A stretch of DNA of 47,547 nucleotides from Saprolegnia diclina VS20 (taxonomy: Eukaryota): the NCBI RefSeq assembly GCF_000281045.1, contig NW_008246124.1, positions 307,629-355,175 of the forward strand. The letters are read 5' to 3'. Made by a program: the position numbers and the translations under genes. Under the pieces are notes generated by a model. That model was given only the letters and a program-made list of their open reading frames with translations, was not told where the DNA came from and ran no database searches. Positions 33,003 to 47,102 of this stretch are shown in pieces (the stretch's first letter is position 1; every line of letters begins with the position of its first letter).

Positions 33003-33761
33003 TTACTTAAGCAGTCGGCGCCGGTTGCGCCCACGGATCAACGGGTGGCGCTTGTAGTACTTGCGGTGGGCCTCGCGGAGGTGGTGCGGCCGGATCGGGC
33101 CGTCGTCGCCGGCATGCGCCATGATCTTGCGCGCTACGATGAGCTCATGATGGACATGATGGTGGATCGCGCATATTACCTTCGGCAATGAGCTCGCCGA
33201 GAAACATCTTGGCCAGCCCTAGACGACGACGAAGAAGGATGATGATGAAATGGGGCCACGGAGACGGGTACCTGACATGACGATGGACATGGCGTTGTGG
33301 ACCGGCGGGACGCGGCGCTCGCCCACGCAGGCCTCTTCGATGACCTGCGTCATGCACTAGCGTTCTTGCCATGAGGAGCCAGCAGGAGAGTCGCGTCAAC
33401 GTACCCGCTTGATGACGTTCTTGTCAAAGTGGGACCGGCGGAATTGCTCGTGGCGGCGCACGTCGGCCTCGGGCATGGCCTGGATGAACCGCAGCATGTC
33501 CACGGGCCCAGCCTCGGCGCCCATGTCCTCGTCTTCGTCGTCTGCCGCATCGTCGTCGGCAGTGTCGTACGTCTCGTCCTCCGCGGTCTCGCCACCAGCG
33601 TCGACGGCCTCTGGCGTCTCAACGCTGGCCTCGTCCTCGCTGTTCTCGTTGGACTTGGCGTCGTCGCCGTTGTCCTCGTCGCCCGTCTCGGCGCTGGACT
33701 TGGCGTCATCTTCGTCTTCCTCCTCATCCTCGTCGCGCAGGAGCTCGTCCAGGTCGTCCAT
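33003..33761 (-). CDS. TAF11: Transcription initiation factor TFIID subunit 11, about 203 aa (exons 33761-33405, 33356-33272, 33218-33180, 33133-33003)
   Basis: Acidic N-terminus, then the TAFII28 histone fold RHEQFRRSHFDKNVIKRCM...SIVMSGLAKMFLGELIAEARKIM...GPIRPHHLREAHRK after removing three GT-AG introns (48, 53 and 46 nt). Confidence 0.93.
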
Positions 33762-34150
33762 CGTCTTGCCCACGCAATGCAATTTGCAATATGCAGATAT
33801 GCACACCATTTTCGGTATAAATCTCCGTAGCAATTTGGTGATGTAATGTTTTCAAATAGTGTGAAGTCTGTTCAACCGAGTCGCTGCGACAGCAACCATC
33901 GTTCGACAGCTCCGCTATTGCCGCACCAAGTCGCTACACTAAAGATATGTCCAGGCAAGCACGATCCTGTCCAGAACCAGTGCGTTCGTGATCCCTGCAT
34001 GCCTGCATGCCACCCTCCGAACAGTATTTCTCGAAATATAGCTTTTAAATGGTGTGAATTGCGACAGGAGTTTCAATCTTGAATCGTCGCAAGGTTGACC
34101 AGCGCGGGCCTACTGCATGCTCCGTAGCTTGCATTGACTTCGCCGCCAAG
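33762..34150. promoter_or_regulatory. Divergent intergenic/promoter region between TAF11 and the dynein heavy chain
   Basis: About 390 nt, lower GC, between head-to-head start codons. Confidence 0.5.
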
Positions 34151-37100
34151 ATGAACTCCAAGAAGGTGCGTTCGATCATGGCGATGTAGCCATTCATGCA
34201 GCATGCACAGACGACGGCCAAGCCGCCCAAGAAGGACCGGCCCTCGCCGGCGTCGTCGATCGCAAGCGTGCTCGGGCAGCTCGACGCGTACGAGAAGAGC
34301 GTCTCGAACAAGAAGTCGGACTTGGCGCTGCCAGCTGTGGGCGCGGCGACACCGTCCTTGTCTCCGTCCAAGTCGCGCCAAAAGCTCATCAAGCAGATCC
34401 AGTCGAACGCGAGTCTCGACCGCGGGACGCCGCCACCCGGACCACCACCGCCGCCCGAGAACGTCTCACTCGTCGAGTACCTCGAAGCCGTCGTGCCCGT
34501 CGAGAAGCTCATCGATAACAATGCGCTCACGCGACCGCAGCTACCGATCGCTTGCTACGCCGACCTCGACGACGCTGGTGGCCGCGGCTATCTGACGACC
34601 GGGCCCAAGAAGGCGGTCGCGCTGGCCATCGACGCGCGCACGGGCGCCATTGGCCACTGGTCGGCCTGCACCGTCATCGCTTACGACGCCAGCGCGAATC
34701 TCTTTGTCGTCTCGTGGCTCGCCGGCGCGCGCATCGGGGCGCCGCTCGTGCCCCGGGTGCTCCTCTGCTTTGAAGCCGAGCCGCGCGCCCTGTTCGTAGC
34801 ACGGTTTACGACCGCCGTCGCCCGGCGCTCCGAGGCCGAGGCCCGCCTCCGCTACGAGCTGTACATCGAGTCCATGCCGCCGGACGTCGAGGCGCAGCTC
34901 GACGCGGACCGCGTCAACAGCATTCTGTCCTTCGCGCTCTCGTCGTCGCGGCTCTCAACGAACGCGCGCACGTCCAAGCTCTTAGAGGAAGTCAACGAAA
35001 GCTACATGCGCACGATGAATGCCATCTTGTTGGCCACCAACCTCCGCGACGTCGGGCGCGAATTCCCGATGCTACTGCTGCCGACACCAAAGGTCGCCGG
35101 CGACGTGCCGGCGTTTGGGACGGTCCAGTTGCCGTCGTACGACTTTGCCCAGCGACGGACCGACGCCAGCATCGACTCGTTTCTGAGCGCGCCCCCAGCG
35201 ATTCGCGCGCTTCTCGACGTGCGCCATGCATGCAACATTATGGGCGGCCACTTGCTCCTCAAAACAGAACAGACAGGCGATGTCTCGGACGGCCGCGTCG
35301 TGCACCGGTCGGTCGTCCTCGCCGACTTTGTCGCAGCGCAGACGCTCGCAAATCAAAACGCGATGCGGTTTCTACGTGATAATTGGACGCGGAGTGCGGC
35401 CAAGTGCATCATGAGCCACATGGGCCCGCACTACAACCTCCTCGAGAGCCACCGCAGCGCGTACGAGACGTCGTCATTGCGCCGGATCCTGCGCCGCGTC
35501 AACCTTGTCGCCGAAGACAGTCTCCGGGACGTTGTCGCTGCTACGTTTCATGCGTATGCGGCCTTTGTGCACAACATGTGCGACAAGACCGTGGTCATTG
35601 CCGACACACACGACGTGCGCGTCGACACGAAGGGCAAGCCGACCTACATCGCGCTCTTCAAGGTCGACGTTGTCATCTCGGGCGACCCAAAGACGCTCAA
35701 CGCCGCATCGGTCACCGAACGCGCCGCCGCGATCGCAGCGTGGGACAGCGACGACCCGTGTCCGCTCGAGCCAATAGCACCCGTCGTTGGCCACGATTTC
35801 GAGTACGCGACGCCGCCGCATGCGTTTGCTGACGCGGTCGTGTCACAGCTCGGTCTCGCGCTCGATCGCGTTCAAACGCTCGAGCTCATCGAGCGGATTG
35901 TCATGGACCGGCTTTTCTGGCCCAATCAAGACACGATTGGTTGCGTAAGCATGGACGAGCCGTGGGTCGTGACGCTAAGCGCGTCGATGCAGTCGGCGCT
36001 CACCGACGCGCTCGCGCCCCTGCACGCGTATTTGGAGCTCCTCGCCAAGCACATTCCGCTTCTAAACCTCAACGTACTCGAGTACCTAAGCAGTCTTCTC
36101 AAAGCACCAGAAGCCAAAGAAGACCCAAACGAAGTCGATGTGACGCCACCGATCGAGATCAACGAGCTCCGGCGCGTGATCCAAAAGCACCGCGAAGCCG
36201 AGCGCTTGATCCTGGAAGCGCTGCCGGCGACGCCATTGAACCTCGGGCTCGTCGCCGTCGACGTCGGCCACGTCCGGCTCTTCTTGGCGAAAAAACACGC
36301 TGAGATTTACACGAAGTTGCTCGAGACCCAAGTGGCATTTTGCTACCGCCTCGCGACCAAATTGACTGCCAGTTTCGACGAGATCAACGCCAACTTGGCC
36401 GTGACGCCCAAGGACGTCGAGGGTCTGACTGCGCTCCAAGAGTACATAGCCTCCGTCCCCGCGACGCTGCAGCCATTGCAAGACGACATTCGCGTCATGC
36501 TCCTCAACAACGACCTCGTCGACGACTTTGGTTTTCTAGTCTCGGACGAGCACCTCCGGCTCAAGTGGAACGTGCTCGGGTGGCCGGGTCGCATCCACAC
36601 GCAGAGCGCGCGCTTCAAGTGGGCTCTCGACGAGCGCAAGGCCAAGTTCGCCAAGCAAATGGAAGCGGAGCAAGAGCGGTTCGAGAAGACGCTATCGGCG
36701 CTGGTCGAAGAAGTCGACGCGTTTGCGCGCTACGACAACCTCGCGCACGTCGAAGACATTGCGCACCACGCAATGGCGGTGCAAAAGAAGCTCGACCAAG
36801 CGTCGTCGGACGCTGCGATCTTCAACTCGCGCGAGGTGCTCTTTGGCAAGGACATGACTAGCTACGACGTGCTTGCGCTCGCGAAGAAGACGTTTGAGCC
36901 GTACAACCAGCTCTGGGGCACCGCGTACAACTGGCTTCAGTCGCGCAAACAGTGGACGCAAGGCAGCTTCTCGGACGTCAACGCCGAAGAAATCGAAAAG
37001 GCCGTCGAGACGTATGGCGGCACGATCGGTAAAGCCGCCAAGTTCTTCAGCTCGAGCGGCAACGAGGCGTGCGCGCGCATCGCCGAGACCATCAAGGAGC

Positions 37101-40100
37101 AGATCGGGGTGTTCAAGCCCTATGTGCCGCTGATTCTCGGCCTCCGCAACCCGGGCATGCGGCCCCGGCACTGGGCCGAGCTCAGCAAAGTCCTCGGGTT
37201 TACCCTCGAGCTCGACGAAAGCTTTACGCTCAACAGCATTTTCCGGCTCAACTTGCTCGACCAAATCGATGACATTGTCAAAGTCGCCGAGGCCGCGGGC
37301 CGTGAGTACCAGATCGAAGCCGCGCTCAATGCGATGAAGACGCAGTGGGAGACGATCGACCTGCAAATTCTCTCGTACCGCGAGACGGGCACCTACATCA
37401 TCAAGGGCGTCGACGAGATCCAAGTCGTGCTCGACGAGCACATAACGCTGACCCAAGCCATGATGTTCTCGTCGTTCAAAGGTCCGTTCGAAGAGCGCAT
37501 CACCGAGTGGAACATCACGCTGCAGCTCATCTCCGAGATCCTCGAAGAGTGGCTTGCGGTGCAGCGCAGCTGGCTGTATTTGCAGCCGATTTTCGAGAGC
37601 CCGGACATCAACAAGCAGCTGCCGTTGGAGGGCAAGCGGTTTGCGTCCGTCGACAAAAATTGGCGCCAAACGCTCGCGTCGGCGCGCGCCAAGCCGCGCT
37701 GCGTCGAATTCTGCAATTCGACCAAATTGCTCGAGAAATTTCGGGAAAGCAACGTCTTTTTGGACATGGTGCAGAAGGGATTGAGCGACTACCTCGAGGT
37801 GAAGCGGTCGTCGTTTGCGCGCTTTTACTTTCTCTCCAACGACGAGCTCCTCTCGATTCTGTCCGAGTCCAAAGACGTCAAGCTCGTCCAGCCCCATCTC
37901 AAAAAGTGCTTTGAAGGCATTGTCAAGGTCGAGTTTCAAGACGACTTGACGATCACGGCCATGATCTCGGCCGAGGGTGAGAGCGTCCGCATGCACGAGC
38001 CCATCGACCCAAAGAACAAGAACGTCGAGCTGTGGATGCTCGAAGTCGAAAACATGATGCGCACCTCGATCCGCGACACGATGCACGCAGCGATCCTCGA
38101 CTACATCAAGGTCGACCGGAGCAAGTGGGTGCAGAAATGGCCCGGCATGTGCGTCTTGAACGCAAGCCAAATGCACTGGACGCGCGAGATGGAGGAAGCG
38201 ATGGACAAATTCGGCGCCGACGGCGTCAAGCTCATGCTCAATCGGCAGCTCGGCCAGCTCGCCGACATGTACTAGCAATGTTGTATCGATCGCCACTGAC
38301 CTTGGGGCTAGGGTCACCATGGTGCGTGGCCACCTCGACAAGATGACGCGGATCACGCTCGGCGCGCTGACTGTCATCGATGTCCATGCCCGGGATGTGA
38401 CCAAGAAGCTCGTGGCCCAGAACGTGCAGTCGAAAGCCGACTTTTTGTGGAGCTCGCAGCTCAAGTACTACTGGGACGACGACCTCTTTGCCCAAATGGT
38501 CACGTCCAAGCGCCCGTACGGCTACGAGTACCTCGGGAATTCGTTCCGACTCGTCATTACACCGCTCACGGACAAGTGCTATTTAACGCTCATGGGGGCG
38601 CTTCAGATGATCCTCGGCGGCGCGCCCGCCGGTCCGGCCGGCACGGGCAAGACCGAGACCACCAAAGATCTGGCCAAAGCGCTCGCAAAGCAGTGCGTTG
38701 TCTTCAACTGCTCGGACGGCCTCGACTTTATCGCGATGGGCAAATTTTTCAAGGTACCGAGTCGATACATTGATATTTACTGAAATGGTGTGTCGTAGGG
38801 CCTGGCGTCCTGCGGCGCGTGGGCGTGTTTTGACGAGTTTAACCGCATCGACATTGAGGTGCTCTCGGTCGTGGGCCAGCAAGTGATGACGCTCCAGGTG
38901 CAATGTATCAATATGTCAATGTATATATGGACAAGTTCGTAGCTCGGGATCCGCCGAGGCGAGAAGCGCATCGTGTTTGAAGACTCGGACATCAAGCTCA
39001 GCGACCAGTTTGGCGTCTTCATCACGATGAACCCGGGGTACGCCGGGCGGTCCGAGCTCCCAGACTCGCTCGCCGCGCTCTTCCGCCCCGTCGCCATGAT
39101 GGTGCCCGACTACGCGCTCATTGGCGAGATCATGTTCTTTGCCTACGGCTTTGCCGACGCCCACGCCCTCGGCGCCAAGATGGTCACCACCTTCAAGGTA
39201 TTTTGCGCGATTGTACTTTACTTAGTTTGTACCGTAGCTCTGCTCGGAGCAGCTCTCGTCGCAGTGCCATTACGACTACGGCATGCGCGCTGTGAAGACC
39301 GTGATCACGGCCGCGGGCAACTTGAAGCGGTCCGACCCCGACATGGACGAAGACGTCCTCTTGCTACGGGCCCTCCAAGACGTCAACTTGCCAAAGTTTC
39401 TGGCGCACGACATTCCGCTCTTCAACGGTATCATCTCGGACCTCTTCCTCGGCAAGCAGCGGCCGGTCATCGACCTCGGCGCGCTCATCTCAGTCATCAA
39501 GCTCCAGACACAAAAGATGCAGCTCCAGCCCGTGCCGTATTTTCTCACCAAGTGCATTCAGCTCTACGAGACGATCGTCGTGCGGCATGGTCTCATGGTC
39601 GTTGGCGCCACGGGCGGCGGCAAGTCGTGCAACATTGAGGTGCTCGCCCAAGCGCTCTCGGAGCTCAAGAGCCGCAACGAGCCCGGGTTTGCATACGAAA
39701 AAGTTATCAAGTACCAGCTCAACCCCAAGTCGATCACGATGGGCCAGCTCTACGGCGAGTTTGACGCCAACACGCACGAGTGGCAAGACGGGATTCTCTC
39801 GACGCTGTACCGCACGGCGGCGTCGTGCACAAAGTCGGACCGCAAGTGGATCATCTTTGACGGACCCGTCGATGCGATTTGGATCGAAAACATGAACACG
39901 GTCTTGGACGACAACAAGAAGCTGTGCCTCAACTCGGGCGAGATGCTCCAAATGTCGTACCAGATGACCATGATGTTTGAAGTCGAGGACCTCTCGGTGG
40001 CGTCGCCGGCCACGGTCAGCCGCACCGGCATGGTGTACATGGAGCCGAGCACGCTCGGGCTGAACCCGCTCGTCATGAGCTGGCTCGAGAAGCTCCCAAA

Positions 40101-43100
40101 AGCGCTGAGCGTCCACGCACCGAGTTTTCTCCGCCTCTTTGACCTGTACCTGCACGCCGCAGTGATCTTTATGCGGTCGTATCTCATCGAGCTCGTACCG
40201 ACGATCGACAACAACCTCGCGCAGTCGCTGCTCAGTATTCTCAACTGCTTTTTGTCGCCGTACCTCGCAGCCGAGCCGGTGACGCCCGACGCTGCGTTTC
40301 GCAACGACATTGAGCCCATGTTTTTGTTTTCGCTGGTGTGGTCGATCGGGGCGACGACCAACGACCTCGGGCGCATCCGCTTTGACGTGTACGTGCGGCT
40401 GCAGATGCTCGCCAACAACGCTGCGAACCTGTTTCCGGCCAAGGGCCTTGTTTACGACTATAGTTACTCGATGAAGGAGCACAAGTGGGTCTTCTGGATG
40501 GACACGATCGCAGCCTACCGCGTGCCGTCGGGCATTTCGTTTGCCGAGATTGTCGTGCCTACGTCCGATAGCGTGCGCAACACGTACCTCCTCGAGCAGC
40601 TGGTCAAGACGGGCAAGCACGTGCTCATGGTCGGCGCGACGGGCACGGGCAAGACCGTCAACATCTCGCGCTTCTTGTCGTCGCTGTCGAGCGACTACAT
40701 GCCGGTGGCCATGACGTTTTCCGCGCAAACGAGCGCCAACCAGACCCAAGACCTGCTCGATAGCAAGATGGAGAAGCGCCGGAAAGGGGTGTTTGGCCCG
40801 CCCGCCGGCAAGACCTTTGTCGTGTACGTCGACGACCTCAACATGCCAAAGCGCGAAAAGTACTTTGCGCAGCCGCCGTTGGAGCTGCTTCGACAGTGGT
40901 TTGACCAAGGCGGGTGGTACGACCGGAAGCTGCTGCAGTTCCGCGCGATCATCGACATGCAGTTTGTCGCGTCCATGGGGCCGCCGGGCGGCGGGCGCAA
41001 CCCAATCACCATGCGGCTGCTCCGGCACTTTAACGTTGTGTGCTACGCCGAGCTCGGCGATGACAACAAGGCGATCATATTTGCGACGATTCTCAACAGC
41101 TTTTTGAGTGCGTTCCCGTCCGAGGTGCAGCGGCTCGAGACATCGGTCGTGACCGCGTCGATCGACGTCTACAATACGATCTGCAAGGAGCTCTTGCCGA
41201 CGCCGGCCAAGTCCCACTACACGTTCAACTTGCGCGATCTCGCCAAGGTGTTTCAAGGCTGCTTGATGTGCGACCCGCGCAAAGTCAATGACGCCAATGG
41301 CTTCTTACGGCTCTGGGTACACGAAAACAAGCGGGTCTTTGAGGACCGCATGGTGTGCGCCGAGGACCACGCGTGGTTTGCGTCGCTCCTCGCCACGACG
41401 TGCCAAGCGGCGTTTCAGACCGACTTGGCGACGATCGTCACCAACCCGTACCTTCTCTACGGCGACTACCTCGTGCCAGGGGCCGACCCCAAGATCTACG
41501 AAGAAGTCGTCGACGTCGCCAAACTCCTCCCGATCGTCGAAGAGTATTTGGCCGACCACAACGCCGAGTCCAAAACGCCGATGCCGCTCGTGCTCTTCAT
41601 CGACGCGGTCGAGCACGTTTCGCGGATCGCCCGCATTTTGCGGCAGCCGCTGGGCAATGCGCTCTTGTTGGGCGTAGGCGGGTCGGGGCGGCAAAGTCTC
41701 ACCAAGCTCGCGACCTTCATGGCCGGCTACAAGTGCTTCCAAGTCGAGATCGTCAAGGGCTACGGCATGACCGAGTGGCGCGACGACGTCAAGCGCTGTC
41801 TCTTGCTGGCGGGCTTGAAGGACAGTCAGGTCGTCTTTCTCTTTTCAGACGTCCAAGTCGTCAACGAGACGATGCTCGAGGACCTCAACGGTGTCCTCAA
41901 CTCGGGCTCGGTGCCGAATCTCTACGGTCCCGAAGACATGGACCAAATCGTAAACGCGTGCAAGGCCGAGTGCCAGAAGAAGCAAATTCCGCCGACAAAA
42001 ACCAACATATTCTCGCAGTACATTGTCCGCGTCCGGAAGAACATTCATCTCGTGATCTGCATGAGCCCGATCGGAAATGCGTTCCGAGACCGCTTGCGCA
42101 TGTTTCCATCGCTTGTCAACTGCTGCACGATCGACTGGTTCAGCGAGTGGCCCGCCGAAGCGCTCAACTCGGTCGCGACCGCGATCCTCAGCGACGGCAA
42201 CCTCCAGCTCGGGTCCCCCGACCAAATGCAGCACCTCGTCGAAGTCATCAAGTGCATTCACCAGAGCGTCGAGCACAAGAGCAAGGAGTATTACTCGATT
42301 TTGCGCCGGTACTTTTACGTCACCCCCACGTCGTACCTCGAGCTCCTCGCGACGTTCAAAGCCGTCCTGGTCTCCAAGCGCGAAGACGTCAACACGATGA
42401 AGAGCCGCCTCCAAAACGGCGTCGACAAGCTCTCGGAAACCAAGGTGCTGGTGGCCACGATGCAAGACGAACTCGTCGCGCTCCAGCCGGTGCTCGCCGC
42501 GACCCAGATCGAAGTCGAGCAAATGATGGTTCAAATCACAAAGGATCGCGCCGAGGCCGACGTGACAAAGGCGCTTGTCGAGAAGGAGGAGGAGAGTGCG
42601 TCGACAAAGGCGCGAGCGACCAAGGAAATTGCCGACTCGGCCCAGAAAGACCTTGATGAAGCGCTACCGGCGCTCGATGCGGCCGTCGCGTGCTTGAACA
42701 AGCTCAAGAAGGCCGACATTGACGAAGTCAAGTCCCTCAAGACCCCGCCGGGCGGCGTCAAGCTCACGATGGAGGTCGTGTGCCTTCTCTTTGGGCACAA
42801 GCCCACGATGAAGGCCGACCCGGACAAGCCGGGCAAGAAGATTGCAGATTTCTGGGACGTGGCGCAAAAAGTCGTTTTGGCCAACGCCAACAAGTTTCTC
42901 GAGTCGCTCATGGGCTTTGACAAAGACAACATTCCGGACGCCGTCATCGCCAAAGTGCAGCCGTACATTGACGACCCGAACTTTACACCGGACGCGATCG
43001 AAAAGTCGTCCAAGGCGTGCACGGCCATTTGCATGTGGGCGCGCGCCATGTACACGTACTACTTTGTCGCCAAGTCGGTCGAGCCCAAGAAACAAGCGCT

Positions 43101-46100
43101 CGCGCAAGCCCAGACCGAGCTCGACGCGACGATGGAGATCCTACGCGGCGCGCAAGCCGGCCTCAAGCAGGTGACGGACCGCCTCGCCGAACTCGAGGCG
43201 AGCTACAACGCGGCGATCGCCAAGAAGGAGGAGCTCGCGGCCAAAGTCATTCAGTGCCAAGTGCAGCTCTCAAACGCCGACAAGCTCATTGGTGGTCTCG
43301 GCGGCGAAGAGACGCGCTGGAAGGCGACCGTCGCGCAGCTCCAGGAAGATTACGTCAACCTCACGGGCGACGTGCTCGTGAGCGCGGGCACGATCAGCTA
43401 CCTCGGCGCCTTTACGGCCGAGTTCCGCGACGCTTTGGTATCGAGCTGGCACGGCGCGCTGGTGACATACCAAGTGCCCCACTCGCCCGGCTGCGGCATT
43501 GTCGGCACCCTTCAGGATCCCGTCAAGCTCCGGACATGGCAGATCGCGGGGCTGCCGACCGACACGGTCTCGACGCAGAACGGCATCATCATGTCCCGCG
43601 CGCGTCGGTGGCCGCTCTTGATTGACCCGCAAGGCCAAGCGAATCGGTTTGTGAAGAACCTCGGCAAAGAAAAAGCTCTCTGTGAAAACGGCATGGACGT
43701 CGTCAAGCAGTCGGACAAGAACTTTCTGCGCGCGCTCGAGAACGGCATCCGCTTTGGCAAGTGGGTCGTGCTCGAAAACGTCACGGAGGAGCTCGACGCG
43801 GCGCTCGAGCCGGTCTTGCTGCAGCAAAAGTTCAAACAAGGCGGCCAAGACGTCATTCGGCTCGGCGAAAACGTGATTCCGTACAACGAAAGCTTCCGGT
43901 TCTACATGACGTCCAAGCTCGCCAACCCGCACTACCCGCCCGAAGTCTGCGTCAAAGTGAGCTTGTTGAACTTTACCATCACGATGAAAGGCCTCGAAGA
44001 ACAGCTGTTGAATGTCGTTGTGCAAAAAGAGATGCCCGAGCTCGCAGAGAAGAAGAACGAACTCGTGCTCTCCAACGCGGCGTCCAAGCGCCAGCTGTAC
44101 GAAATTGAGAACCAAATTCTCTACCTTCTCTCGCACTCACAAGGCAACATCCTCGACGACACGAATCTCATCGAGACGCTCGCGTCCTCCAAGCAAACGT
44201 CGGCCGTGGTCGTGGAGAAGATGAAGGAGGCCGAAGAGACCGAGAAGGAGATCGACGCGCGCAGCGACGGGTACCGCCCGGTCGCGTACCGCGCCGCGCT
44301 GCTCTTCTTTTGCATTGCCGACCTCGCGCGCGTCGACCCGATGTACCAGTACTCGCTGCCGTGGTTCACGTCGATCTTTGTGCGGTCGATTTTGGCCGCC
44401 AAGCCGTCGCCGCAGCTCGAGGCGCGGCTCAAGAACCTCAACGATTACTTTACCTACTCGATCTACAAGAACGTGTGCCGGTCGCTCTTTGAGAAGCACA
44501 AACTGCTTTTCTCATTTCTGCTCACAATCAAGATTCTCATGGGCAACGACGAGATCGACGGCCTCGAGTGGCGCTTCCTCCTCTCGGGCATGGCGCCCAA
44601 CACGATCGCGGCCGAGAACCCCGCGCCAACGTGGCTTGAAGGCTACGCGTGGACCGAGCTCTGTCGCCTCGCGTCGCTGCCGGCCTTTGCGGGGTTCACC
44701 GAGGCGTTTGCAGCGCACAAGGCGGTGTACCGGGGCCTCTTTGACAGCCCCGAGCCGCACGTCGTGCCGCTTCCCGGCGGGTGGCAGACCAAGCTCGATG
44801 CGTTCCAGCGCCTTTGCGTCCTCCGGAGTCTCCGCCCCGACAAGATGATGGAAGGGATCCAGAACTTGGTCGTCGAGAAACTCGGGCAGCCGTTCATTGA
44901 GCCGCCGCCGTTCGACTTGCAAGAAACGTTTGAGGACTCGACGCCCGTGTCGCCGCTCATTTTCGTGCTCTCGCAAGGCTCAGACCCCGCGAAGGACTTG
45001 TTGACGTTTGCGATTGCGACCAAAATGGACGCCAAGCTCAAGAGCATCGCGCTCGGCCAAGGCCAAGGCACGCTGGCCGCGCGCTTGATTGAGAATGCGG
45101 TGCAGAAAGGCGAGTGGGTCCTCCTCCAGAACTGCCACTTGGCGCTGAGCTGGATGCCGGACCTCGAGCGCATTTGCGAAGAGCTCGACCCGGCCAAGCT
45201 GCACGTCGACTTTCGACTTTGGCTCACGAGCATGCCAACCCCCGTCTTTCCGACCTCGGTGCTCCAGAACGGCGTCAAGATGACCAAGGAGGCGCCAAAA
45301 GGGCTGCGCGCCAACCTCAAAAACACATATTACAAACTCAACGACGACGCTTTGAGCGTGACGGCCAAGCCTGAGGTGTTCCGGAAGCTGCTCTTTGGAC
45401 TGTGTTTTTACCACGCGATCGTGTGCGAGCGCAAGCGGTTTGGCGCGCTCGGCTGGAACATTCCATATTCGTTCAACGAGACCGACCTCGACATTAGGTA
45501 CTGGATACATATCCGTCAAGGTACTTGAATATGTGGCGCTAGCGTCGCGCAACTGCAAATGTTCCTCGATACGTACGACAAGGTGCCATTCGAAGTGCTT
45601 CAGGTCATGACGAGCATGATCAACTACGGTGGTCGCATCACGGACGACAAGGACATGCGAACGTCCGACGTGATTCTCATGACGTACTTTTGTCCCGCGA
45701 TCCTCGAGGTACACCTGCAAAATGTACTCGTCAAAACGCTAATTTTTGTGCGCGTAGAGTGGGTACAAATTTTCAACCAGTGGCGTCTACTACTCGTTGG
45801 CTGCCAACCCCAAAACGCCGTACGCCTCGTACGTTGAGTACATCAACAGCCTGCCCATCAACCCCGAGCCCGAAGTTTTTGGCATGCACGAAAACGCCAA
45901 CATTACGTGCGCGCAAGCCGAGACCTATGACGTCTTTGACATCATTTTGAGCCTCCAGCCACGCGTGAGCGCAGGCGCCGGCCTCTCGCGCGAAGACACG
46001 ATCGCGAGCGCGGCCGCAACCATTGAGGCGAGCTTGCCGCCGCACTTTGACCTCGAGTTTGTCCAAGTCAAGTACGCGGTTTCGTACACCGAGTCGATGA

Positions 46101-46894
46101 ACACGGTGCTCGCGCAGGAGGTTGAGCGCTTCAATAAGCTCTTGACCGTCATGAAGGAGACGCTGCAGCAAGTGCAGCGCGGGCTCCGCGGGCTCATTGT
46201 GCTCTCGGCCGAGCTCGAAGCGATGGGCAACTCGCTCTACGACCAAAAGGTTCCGCTGCTCTGGGAAGCGAAAGCGTACCCGTCGCTCAAGCCGCTCACG
46301 TCGTGGGTCGCGGACCTCCTCGAGCGCCTCCACTTTATCAGCCACTGGATCGACCACGGCATTCCGATTGTGTTTTGGATTTCTGGCTTCTTTTTTCCCC
46401 AAGGCTTTATGACGGGCATCATCCAAAACCACGCGCGTCGCCAAAAACTGCCCATCGACACGCTCTCGTTCCAGTACCTCATGATGCGCGACGAGCTCGC
46501 CGATGTGACGAGTCGCCCGGACGAGGGCTGCTACATTTACGGGCTCTTCCTCGAGGGCGCGCGCTGGAACAAGGACATTGCGTCGCTCGACGACCCGTTC
46601 CCAAAAGAACTCTTTGCCAAGATGCCGCTCATGCATTTGCACCCGCAGCAAAAGCGCGAGGCGCCCTCGAGCGGCATTTACCGCTGTCCTGTGTACAAAA
46701 TCCTCACGCGCACCGGGACGCTCTCGACAACGGGGCACTCGACCAACTTTGTCATGTGGATCGAAATCCCGTCCAACCGCCCGACGATCTGGCGCAACTC
46801 GCTCGTCTCCGAGACGAACGCCCAAGTGCTCTTTTGCGACCAAGAGTACTGGATCAAGGCTGGCGTTGCGTGCTTCTGTGCCCTGCGCTATTAG
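34151..46894 (+). CDS. DNAH1: Axonemal inner-arm dynein heavy chain, DNAH1-like, about 4,145 aa
   Basis: Linker motifs [22 protein letters not shown] and [17 protein letters not shown]-loops [24 protein letters not shown] and GVGGSGRQ; stalk; C-terminal CPVYK...[13 protein letters not shown], typical of single-headed inner-arm dyneins. The N-terminal [10 protein letters not shown]...[11 protein letters not shown] resembles the DNAH1 group (from memory). Introns: 38269-38311, 38754-38798, 38898-38942, 39198-39237, 45498-45542, 45709-45757. The start is either ATG 34196 or ATG 34151 with a 36-nt intron at 34166-34201. Confidence 0.93.
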
Positions 46895-47021
46895 GCCCCC
46901 GTGTCGATTTATACATCTTGTACAAATGGCCACTTAACTTTACGCCAAGTTCTCTACGCCTGCCATTGATAGAGAAGTGTGCAAAAACGTATTCGTTAAC
47001 ACAAGATAAAGTAAACGCGAC

Positions 47022-47026
47022 AAAAA
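47022..47026 (-). terminator. Pol III oligo-T terminator of the tRNA gene
   Basis: TTTTT on the minus strand 3 nt downstream of the discriminator base. Confidence 0.75.
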
Positions 47027-47029
47027 TAC

Positions 47030-47102
47030 TACTCGACGCGGGACTCGAACCCGCAACCCCCAGATTCGAAGTCTGATACGCTATCCATTGCGCCAGCCAA
47101 GC
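47030..47102 (-). tRNA. tRNA-Arg(TCG): tRNA-Arg, anticodon TCG, no intron
   Basis: Minus strand GCTTGGC TG GCGC AATGGATA GCGT A TCAGA CTTCGAA TCTGG GGGTT GCGGG TTCGAGT CCCGC GTCGAGT A folds into a full 73-nt cloverleaf with A- and B-box sequences. Confidence 0.96.

Noticed and set aside
33762..33833. Upstream extension of the TAF11 ORF
   Set aside because: AT-rich, non-coding-like composition; ATG 33761 begins the biased coding sequence.
36692..44136. Long antisense ORFs opposite the dynein gene (e.g. 590 aa, 588 aa, 288 aa)
   Set aside because: Expected shadow of strong C/G third-position codon bias; the translations have no recognisable domain.
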